DNA of 39,922 nucleotides from a virus: the IMG/VR virus record IMGVR_UViG_3300033417_000027, positions 1 through 39,922 of that record; one strand, written 5' to 3'. Position numbers and translations under genes: made by a program. This document shows, piece by piece, positions 14,642-20,758 of this stretch. The stretch's first letter is position 1, and each line of letters begins with the position of its first letter. The notes below the pieces were generated by a model, which was given only the letters and a program-made list of their open reading frames with translations, was not told the DNA's origin and did no database searches.

Positions 14642-15027
14642 CAGGCGGCCTCCACCAGGCGCCATCCGAGGCTCCGCTTGGTCTCGATCGCGAGCCCGAG
14701 CGGCTGGATCAGCTTGCGCAGCTTGCAGATGTAGACGTGGACCAGACGGAGTTCAGGCTCGCGGTCCTCGCCCCGGTCCCAGTAGAGCGCATCGTAGATC
14801 TGCGCCGCGCTGACCCGGCTGCCGGCGGCCAGACAGGCCAGCACCGCGCCCTCGGTGGGCGTCACGCGGACGGCTTCCCCGCCGCGCCGGGCGATGCCCC
14901 TGTCCTCGATCACCTCGACCAGCCAGCCATCGGCCTCGAGCAGCCAGCCGCATCGCGGGCAGCAGACCGGGTCGGGCGCAACCGGCGCCTTCGGCACGAC
15001 GGACAGGCGGGCGAGCGAGACGGCCAT
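14641..15027 (-). CDS. Receiver-less OmpR/PhoB-type winged-helix transcription regulator (128 aa)
   Basis: VRVTPTEGAVLACLAAG..VSAAQIYDALYW...RLVHVYICKLRKLIQPLGLAIETKRSLGWRL fits the Trans_reg_C pattern. The N-terminus has a CCPRCGW motif. Confidence 0.75.
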   Translation of the reverse strand: MAVSLARLSVVPKAPVAPDPVCCPRCGWLLEADGWLVEVIEDRGIARRGGEAVRVTPTEGAVLACLAAGSRVSAAQIYDALYWDRGEDREPELRLVHVYICKLRKLIQPLGLAIETKRSLGWRLVEAA

Positions 15028-15102
15028 CAGCCCCTCCCCTTGCCCGGGTCCGGCGACTCACCGCACGCTCTCCGGCCCCACAGCAGCGAAAGGAATTCGG
15101 CA

Positions 15103-15363
15103 ATGGCCGCCAACGACGACGACTTCGCCCCCTTCTCCATGGCCTTGGAGCTCCGCGTGATCTTCGCCGGCATGACCATGTTCCTCGCCCGCGAAATGGT
15201 CGCGGCCGGCATCACCAGCGAGCAGAGCACGCTCGCCGAGCTGGCGAAGATCCGGAAGTCGCTGGAGCGCAAGGGCATCGCCAGCGACGGCGGGCGGGAA
15301 ACCCTCGATACCATGGCGGCGATGCTCATTGGCGCGCCTCCCCCGCCGCGGCGGCGATCCTGA
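15103..15363 (+). CDS. Hypothetical protein (86 aa), a lone plus-strand gene embedded in the leftward operon
   Basis: ATG at 15103 with AAAGGAA upstream. Very high GC3. The antisense ORF 15027..15389 is Ser-rich and was rejected. Confidence 0.6.
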   Translation: MAANDDDFAPFSMALELRVIFAGMTMFLAREMVAAGITSEQSTLAELAKIRKSLERKGIASDGGRETLDTMAAMLIGAPPPPRRRS

Positions 15364-15502
15364 GCTTCGCCAGCACCGCGCGCCACCAAGTCTTGCGCGC
15401 GGCCGGCCGCCGCCAGGCGGCCACCTGCTCCGGCGTCGGTCGCCAGCCGCTGCGCCAGGCCTCCGGCGTCGTGTCGGCGAGATAGTCGAGATAGCGGTCC
15501 AT
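15326..15502 (-). CDS. Small hypothetical protein (58 aa; not in the ORF track)
   Basis: ATG at 15502 overlaps the Cro-like stop (TGATG). Hand translation gives MDRYLDYLADTTPEAWRSGWRPTPEQVAAWRR... High GC3. Confidence 0.5.
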   Translation of the reverse strand: MDRYLDYLADTTPEAWRSGWRPTPEQVAAWRRPAARKTWWRAVLAKLRIAAAAGEARQ

Positions 15503-15786
15503 CAGGCGGCCTCGCTTGCGGCGTGTGAAGTCGTGTGGCGGGTCTCAGGAGGTCTATCGGCGCGCGCCGGGGCGTCCGAGACCTCCGCGTCGAGGTCCGC
15601 CAGGTCGTGGAAGCTGTTCGGGTCGACCGCGCCGCCGGTCTCGCGGAAGATGCGCCGGGCGATCTCGCGGGTCGGCACCCGGACGCCCTTGCAGTAGCGC
15701 GTGATCTGGCTGGGATGGACGCCGACGCGCTCGGCGAACGCCGCTTTCACCACCTGTTGCTCGCTCAACCAGTCAGAAAGCCGCAT
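15502..15786 (-). CDS. Cro/YdaS-like HTH regulator (94 aa)
   Basis: ATG at 15786. The motif AAFAERVGVHPSQITRYCKGVRVPTREIARRI is HTH-like. Transcribed divergently from the CI-like gene. Confidence 0.7.
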   Translation of the reverse strand: MRLSDWLSEQQVVKAAFAERVGVHPSQITRYCKGVRVPTREIARRIFRETGGAVDPNSFHDLADLDAEVSDAPARADRPPETRHTTSHAASEAA

Positions 15787-15802
15787 CGCCCTCGCCCCGG
15801 AA

Positions 15803-15817
15803 TTGCCAGATTGGCAA
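15803..15817. promoter_or_regulatory. Operator O1: TTGCCA-gat-TGGCAA
   Basis: Perfect 6+3+6 inverted repeat in the cro/cI intergenic region. Confidence 0.7.
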
Positions 15818-15830
15818 CTAGATATCGTGG

Positions 15831-15845
15831 TTGCCACTACGGCAA
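15831..15845. promoter_or_regulatory. Operator O2: TTGCCA-cta-CGGCAA
   Basis: Same 15-bp architecture, with 11/12 arm positions symmetric. Confidence 0.65.
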
Positions 15846-15921
15846 ATCACTAGGGCTTGACGTTAATCAACATCTTGCGTTTTTGTCAATCTCAATTCGA
15901 CCAAACTTTTCCACAACTAAT

Positions 15922-15936
15922 TTGCCAGTTTCGCAA
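15922..15936. promoter_or_regulatory. Operator O3: TTGCCA-gtt-TCGCAA, ending 1 nt before the CI-like ATG
   Basis: Same 15-bp architecture. There is no SD between it and the ATG at 15938. Confidence 0.6.
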
Positions 15937-15937
15937 T

Positions 15938-16279
15938 ATGGCGGTCATGGAGAACCGACTCAGGCAATTGCGCGAGGCCAAGAAGCTCACCCAGGGTGAG
16001 CTCGCGAGCCGCATCGGCACCACCGGCGACCAGATATCGCGACTGGAAAGCGGCGAGCGGCGGCTGACGGTGAACTGGCTGTCGCGTCTCGAGCGCGGGC
16101 TGGAATGCGACGGGGTCGAGATCCTGGGCGGCGTCAAGCTCAGCCCCCGCGAACGGCGGTGGCTCGATTACTTCCAGTCCATGTCGGAGTTCGAGCAGCA
16201 CCGTTGGCTGCGCGCCCTGGCGGCTCTGCAGAACGACCCGCCCGGCGGCGAGCCCGCCAACGCCAACCACGCTTCCTGA
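15938..16279 (+). CDS. CI-like XRE-family HTH repressor (113 aa), with no S24 peptidase domain
   Basis: The motif LRQLREAKKLTQGELASRIGTTGDQISRLESGERRLTVNWL is XRE-type. An alternative ATG is at 15947. Confidence 0.75.
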   Translation: MAVMENRLRQLREAKKLTQGELASRIGTTGDQISRLESGERRLTVNWLSRLERGLECDGVEILGGVKLSPRERRWLDYFQSMSEFEQHRWLRALAALQNDPPGGEPANANHAS

Positions 16280-16371
16280 CTACATTTGCCGCGCCGCCCG
16301 CGCCGCCCGGCGCGATTGCCGGACGTCCCGCCCGAGGGAAGCCGCCCGGGACGAGACGCCCGGCCTAGCCT

Positions 16372-16518
16372 TCAATGGCAGTGCACGATGCCGGTGGCGG
16401 TCTCCATGTGACAGCACTGGCCCGGCGGCGACGACTTGCGGCAGCCGCCGCCGTGGGCGTTGGCCAGCGCCGGCGCCAGGACGGCCGCCGCGGCCAGGAT
16501 GGCAATCAGGTATCTCAT
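16372..16518 (-). CDS. 48-aa secreted Cys/His-rich peptide precursor
   Basis: ATG at 16518 with GGGAG 10 nt upstream. Sequence is MRYLIAILAAAAVLAPALANA|HGGGCRKSSPPGQCCHMETATGIVHCH. About 43 of 47 codons end in G or C. Confidence 0.6.
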   Translation of the reverse strand: MRYLIAILAAAAVLAPALANAHGGGCRKSSPPGQCCHMETATGIVHCH

Positions 16519-16642
16519 TTCCGGAATGCTCCCTTGCAATGTGTGATTGCCGACGACGTCGCCGGCAACCGGAAGTCTAGCGGACTTCGCCTCACACGAG
16601 CCTGTCGATCCGGCGAATTTAATTAAAATTGCGTCGCGCATC

Positions 16643-16689
16643 TTGCTGTTTTGTCAAATTACAGATTGACAAACTTGCCAAAACAGCAA
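16643..16689. promoter_or_regulatory. Nested perfect inverted repeats (operator-like)
   Basis: Outer arms are ttgctgttttg (16643-53) and caaaacagcaa (16679-89). Inner arms are tttgtcaa (16650-57) and ttgacaaa (16666-73). Confidence 0.7.
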
Positions 16690-16694
16690 ATTAT
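16666..16694 (+). promoter_or_regulatory. Candidate sigma70-type promoter for the rightward operon
   Basis: TTGACA (16666-71), a 17-nt spacer, then AATTAT (16689-94). Overlapped by the palindromes and by TTGCCA-aaa-CAGCAA (16675-89). Confidence 0.45.
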
Positions 16695-16825
16695 CCCCGC
16701 CCATCACCCCCGTACACCGGCCTGCCACGGCCCTGTACCGGGTTCGTTCCACGTGAAACGCGCCCGCCGGGCGCGCCCCGGGCGAGCGCCAGCGAGACCC
16801 GGGGCCGGAAGGAGAAGACACCACC

Positions 16826-17074
16826 ATGGCCCACCGCATGCTGACCACCGCCGAGGTCCACACGCTCACCCACGCCTTGAATGTCGCCGTCATGACCTTC
16901 CGCCAGGACGCCGCCGACTGGCGCGGCTGCGCGGTGGCCGACCCAGCCAACGCCGAGGCCTACGACCGGCTCGCCGTCCAGTTCGACCGCCAGGCCGCCG
17001 ACACCGGCGCCCTCCATGAGCTGTTCGGGGGCGGCATCGGCGAGATCGTCGTCACCGTCGACAGCGACGACTGA
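16826..17074 (+). CDS. Acidic hypothetical protein (82 aa), first gene of the rightward operon
   Basis: ATG at 16826 with AAGGAGAA upstream. Confidence 0.65.
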   Translation: MAHRMLTTAEVHTLTHALNVAVMTFRQDAADWRGCAVADPANAEAYDRLAVQFDRQAADTGALHELFGGGIGEIVVTVDSDD

Positions 17075-17086
17075 GGACCCCGCCCC

Positions 17087-17329
17087 GTGATCCAGTCCCG
17101 CCGCCAGCTCCTGGCCGAGATCCCCGCCTTCGCCGCGGCGCCCGAGGCGACGCCGGTCGACGCCATCCATGCGCTGCACGAGGAGTGCGTCGCGGCCGCC
17201 GTCAACGTCGCCGCCGGCCGGCCGGGCGCCACCCGGGCATCCCTGCTGCGCGTCGCCGGCCTGGCGCTCGCAGCCCTCATCGCCGTCGACCGCGAGCGCG
17301 CCGCCGCGATCCGAAAGGCCATCGGCTGA
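17087..17329 (+). CDS. Hypothetical protein (80 aa)
   Basis: GTG start at 17087 with GAGGA upstream. The N-terminus SRRQLLAEIPAFAAAP is weakly Tat-like. Confidence 0.5.
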   Translation: MIQSRRQLLAEIPAFAAAPEATPVDAIHALHEECVAAAVNVAAGRPGATRASLLRVAGLALAALIAVDRERAAAIRKAIG

Positions 17330-17625
17330 TGACCCGGCCCGGCACCTACACCGCCACCCAGGTCGGCGAGCGGCTCGGCCACAGCCTCGACTGGTTCGCC
17401 GACCACCGGGCCGTGCTCGAGCAGCGCCACCGCTTTCCGCCGCCCCTGCCGCTGCCCGGCCGGCCGCGCTGGAGCCGCGCCCAGGTCGACAGCTGGATCC
17501 GCCACAACGGCGAGGTCCCCGACGCCGGCGGCGAGATCGTCGAGGACGACGAGGCCGGCGAGCCGCTGCCGTCGGACTGGACGAAGAAGCTGCTCGCCCG
17601 CATCCACGCCGGCGAGGGCGTGTGA
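17329..17625 (+). CDS. AlpA/excisionase-type HTH protein (98 aa)
   Basis: TGATG coupling at the start. The motif YTATQVGERLGHSLDWF...RFPPPLPLPGRPRWSRAQVDSWI fits the AlpA/HTH_17 pattern. Confidence 0.65.
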   Translation: MTRPGTYTATQVGERLGHSLDWFADHRAVLEQRHRFPPPLPLPGRPRWSRAQVDSWIRHNGEVPDAGGEIVEDDEAGEPLPSDWTKKLLARIHAGEGV

Positions 17626-17626
17626 G

Positions 17627-17908
17627 ATGTGGATCCGGCTGCCCTTCGACGACGAGGCCCCGGCGATCGGCGCCGGGCTCAGGCTGGTGTTCGTCGAGCG
17701 GCTGGGCCGCAAGTGGGTCCGGGTCCGCTGCCCCTTCACCTTGCGCGCCGCCCGCCTCGAGCGGGCGACGTGGGACCGGCTCAGCCGCAATCCCCGCGCA
17801 CGCCATGCGCGCCGGCCGGCCAATCTGCGCGCCCGGGTCCGCCGCTGGGTGGCGCTGACCGGCCAGGACGCCCCGCCCGCCCGCCACCCGATGTTCACCA
17901 CCCCCTGA
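17627..17908 (+). CDS. Hypothetical protein (93 aa); the C-terminal half overlaps a REP-type 17-mer
   Basis: ATG at 17627, 2 nt after the upstream stop. The Arg-rich tail coincides with the repeat at 17794-17810. Confidence 0.4.
   Translation: MWIRLPFDDEAPAIGAGLRLVFVERLGRKWVRVRCPFTLRAARLERATWDRLSRNPRARHARRPANLRARVRRWVALTGQDAPPARHPMFTTP
17794..17810. repeat. Reverse-complement copy of the gcgcatggcgtgcgcgg repeat
   Basis: ccgcgcacgccatgcgc. Confidence 0.85.
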
Positions 17909-17922
17909 AAGGAGCCGTTGCC

Positions 17923-19794
17923 ATGGCGATCAAGACGAAGACCAGGACCAGGACCTCGACGCCGAAGACCACCAAGCTGGCCCGCAGGGCCGCCCCGGCC
18001 GCCGAGCCGGGGCCCGCCGCCGCGCCGCCCCTCGCCGGCGAGCTGCGCCAGCTGCCCCACGCCAGCATCGTCGCCTCGAGCCTCAACCCGAGGAAGAGCT
18101 TCGACGACGCCGAGATCGCCGCGCTGGCCGCCTCGATCGCCGACAAGGGGCTGTTGCAGAACCTCGTCGTGCGGCCGCACCCGGCGGGCAAGGGCCACTA
18201 CGAGATCGTCGCTGGAGAGCGCCGCCACCGCGCGATCGGCCACCTGATCGAGACCGGCCGGTGGCCGGTCGCGCGGACGCTGCCCGTCCTGGTCTGTGCC
18301 CTCGACGACCGCGCCGCGCTCGAGCTGGCGATCGTCGAGAACGTCAAGCGCCAGGATCTCTCAGCCATGGAAGAAGCCCGCGGCTACGCGGCCTTGCGCG
18401 ACCTGGGGCTCGGCACCGACGACATCGCCGCGCGCGTCGCCATGTCGCGGCGTCACGTCCAGGAGCGGCTGGCGCTCGCCGACAAGCTGGCGCCGGCGGC
18501 GCAGGCCGCGCTCGAGGCGGGCGAGATCTCGATCGCCCAGGCGCGCATGCTCAAGCTCGGCACGGCCAAGGAACAGGAGGCGGTGCTCGCCGCCGTCATC
18601 CGCTACGCCACCGAGCCGCGCCGGATCTACCAAACCATGGTCGGCGACCTGCCGAAGGTGAACACGGCGCACTTCGCCCTCGACCTCTATGACGGCGCCT
18701 TCGTCGACGACCCCGACGACGTCGACATGAACCGCCGCTTCGCCGACAAGGCGCAGTTCCTGACGCTGCAGTCGGCGGCGATCGAGGCGACCAGGGAAAA
18801 GCTCGGCCGGAAATGGGCCTGGGTCGAGGTCCACGAGAACTATTTCAGCGAGTGGCAATACACCCGCTCCAAGGATCGCGCGGTCGCCGGCGCGGTCATC
18901 GTGGTCGGCAATCGTGGCGTCGAGGTCAAGACCGGCTACGTCAGGCCGAAGGCGGCGAAGTCGGGCGGCAAGGCCGGCAACGGCGCCGCCGCGCCGAAGC
19001 CCGACTTCACCAAGAAGCACCTGTTCGCCGCGCACCAGATGAAGACCATCGCCCTGCAAAACGCCGTCGCACGGGACGTGCGCGCGGCCAAGGTGATGAC
19101 CTGCTTCGCCCTGCTGACGCCGGGCCACCAGCATGTTGTTTCGATCCGCAAGGGGGAAATCCTCAACGAGGATCACGTGCTCTCGCTCCAGCTCGACACC
19201 CGGCTCGACCGCCTGCGCAAGACGATGGGCGTGTCCCTGTTCGCCGAGGTCAGCCGCTACAACGGCCTGATCGCGGCGGGCGGCGAAGGCCCGGACGGGC
19301 GGCGCGCCGTCTACCGCGCCGTGCGCGACTTGGCCGACGCCGACCTCGACGCCCTGTTCGCCGCCCTGGTCGCCAGCCGGGTCGGCAGCTTCTGCGGCTA
19401 CACCCCGCAGCTCGGCGACGAGGCGGTCGCGGTCGCGCTGGCCGAGGACCTCGGCGTCGACATGGCCGAGGCCCTGCCGCTCAGCGAGGACTATCTCAAG
19501 CTCGCCGGCAAGGAGCGCCTGGTCGAGATGCTCGACGCCACCGGCGAGTGCGACGCCGCGGCGCGCAAGCAGCTGCTCGCCAAGACCGGCGGCACGCTGC
19601 GCGCCATGGTCATGCACGAGGCCGCCCGCGTCCTGCCGCGCGAGCTGCGGTTCGGCTCGACCGAGGATTTGTCGAAGGCCAAGGCGGGCGCCACCGGCCC
19701 GCGCCAGCTCGATCTCGTGGAGGCCGCCGGCGCGCTCCACGGCTGTGCCGCCGGGTCGGCGAGCGAAGTCCGCGACACGGCGGCCCAGCCATGA
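17923..19794 (+). CDS. ParB/Srx-domain protein (623 aa) with a long C-terminal extension; no ParA partner
   Basis: ATG at 17923 with AAAGGAG upstream. ParB box is YEIVAGERRHRA. An HTH-like region is EEARGYAAL..GLGTDDIAARVAMSRRHVQERL. Confidence 0.8.
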   Translation: MAIKTKTRTRTSTPKTTKLARRAAPAAEPGPAAAPPLAGELRQLPHASIVASSLNPRKSFDDAEIAALAASIADKGLLQNLVVRPHPAGKGHYEIVAGERRHRAIGHLIETGRWPVARTLPVLVCALDDRAALELAIVENVKRQDLSAMEEARGYAALRDLGLGTDDIAARVAMSRRHVQERLALADKLAPAAQAALEAGEISIAQARMLKLGTAKEQEAVLAAVIRYATEPRRIYQTMVGDLPKVNTAHFALDLYDGAFVDDPDDVDMNRRFADKAQFLTLQSAAIEATREKLGRKWAWVEVHENYFSEWQYTRSKDRAVAGAVIVVGNRGVEVKTGYVRPKAAKSGGKAGNGAAAPKPDFTKKHLFAAHQMKTIALQNAVARDVRAAKVMTCFALLTPGHQHVVSIRKGEILNEDHVLSLQLDTRLDRLRKTMGVSLFAEVSRYNGLIAAGGEGPDGRRAVYRAVRDLADADLDALFAALVASRVGSFCGYTPQLGDEAVAVALAEDLGVDMAEALPLSEDYLKLAGKERLVEMLDATGECDAAARKQLLAKTGGTLRAMVMHEAARVLPRELRFGSTEDLSKAKAGATGPRQLDLVEAAGALHGCAAGSASEVRDTAAQP

Positions 19795-20024
19795 AGGCCC
19801 GCGACTTCATCCTCGTCCACCGCCGGCCCCGCCCGCGTCGCCAGCGCCGCATGACCGGCGAAACCGGCCTGTGCGACCGCTGCGCCGAGCCCGGGCGCTG
19901 GGCGGCCGGCGTGACCGCGCTCGGGCGCTGCCTGGCCTGCGGCTTCGACGCCCTGGTCCTGGTCGGCGCCCGGCCCCCGGCCGCCCCCGGCGGCCTGCCC
20001 CGGGTGAGGGTGGCGCGGCCGTGA
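19791..20024 (+). CDS. Cys-rich (zinc-ribbon-like) small protein (77 aa)
   Basis: ATGA coupling to the ParB-like gene. Contains CDRC...CLAC. Confidence 0.5.
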   Translation: MKARDFILVHRRPRPRRQRRMTGETGLCDRCAEPGRWAAGVTALGRCLACGFDALVLVGARPPAAPGGLPRVRVARP

Positions 20025-20149
20025 CCGCCGAGCTAATCATCCTCGCCGCCTGCGTCGGCATCGCCAGCGCCGGCGCCGGCGCCATCCTGGCGATCGCGCT
20101 CGCCGCCCGCCGGCGCGGGCCCCTGCCGCCCGAGGATCCGGAGCGATGA
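20021..20149 (+). CDS. 42-aa single-TM peptide
   Basis: GTGA coupling at the start. Contains LIILAACVGIASAGAGAILAIALAA. Confidence 0.4.
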   Translation: MTAELIILAACVGIASAGAGAILAIALAARRRGPLPPEDPER

Positions 20150-20472
20150 TGCGCCGGGCCTTGATCGTCGCCCTGCTCCTGGCCGGCGCCTGGGGCCCGC
20201 CCCCGCCGGCCGAATACGACCGGCCGTGGACCGGGCCCGGCGTCCTGCACGTGGTGCCGTCGCGCCCCGACATCGTGCGCGCCCTGTGCGCCGGCGCGCC
20301 CGGCGCGCCGTTGGCGCTCGCCTGCGCCATCCGCTCGGGCGCCGACTGCTGGATCCTGATCGCCCGCGATCTCGACCCCCGCCGCCATGGCGCGCTGCTG
20401 CGCCACGAGCGCGCCCACTGCAACGGCTGGCCGGCCAGCCATCCGCGCCCGACCAGGAGGAGCACGCCATGA
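20146..20472 (+). CDS. Secreted small protein with an HExxH motif (108 aa)
   Basis: ATGA coupling. Signal-like MMRRALIVALLLAGAWG. Motif RHERAHCNGW. Five Cys residues. Confidence 0.6.
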   Translation: MMRRALIVALLLAGAWGPPPPAEYDRPWTGPGVLHVVPSRPDIVRALCAGAPGAPLALACAIRSGADCWILIARDLDPRRHGALLRHERAHCNGWPASHPRPTRRSTP

Positions 20473-20651
20473 CCGCACCCCGCTTCCAGTACCGGATCCT
20501 CGCCGCCGCCACCGCCGAGGGCCTCGCCGTCGAGGTCGAGGCCATGGCCGTCACCGGCTGGCGGCCGGCCGGCGGCGTGGCGATCCTCGCCCGCTTCGGC
20601 GAGGCCAGCTTCCACCAGGCCGTCACCCGCACCGCACGAGGCACCCCATGA
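20469..20651 (+). CDS. DUF1737-like small protein (60 aa)
   Basis: ATGA coupling. The pattern FQYRIL...VEAMAVTGWRPAGGVA fits DUF1737. Confidence 0.55.
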   Translation: MTAPRFQYRILAAATAEGLAVEVEAMAVTGWRPAGGVAILARFGEASFHQAVTRTARGTP

Positions 20652-20758
20652 CCGAACCGATCGACGTCGCCCAGGCCTACGCCATCCTCAGCGCCGCCAC
20701 CATCGCCCTCGCCGGCCTGATCGGCCTGGCGCTGCTGATCTGGGCCGAGAAGCGATGA
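20648..20758 (+). CDS. 36-aa single-TM peptide
   Basis: ATGA coupling. Contains ILSAATIALAGLIGLALLIW. Confidence 0.4.
   Translation: MTEPIDVAQAYAILSAATIALAGLIGLALLIWAEKR

Noticed and set aside
15027-15389. 120-aa minus-strand ORF that would make the early operon uninterrupted
   Set aside because: Its translation is Ser/Ala/Arg-rich and looks like the antisense of the plus-strand gene 15103..15363, which has the better RBS and near-saturated GC3.
17629-17922. N-terminal extension of the ParB-like ORF (17629..19794)
   Set aside because: The extension is low-complexity Pro/Arg/Gly-rich and overlaps ORF 17627..17908. The ATG at 17923 has a good AAAGGAG RBS.
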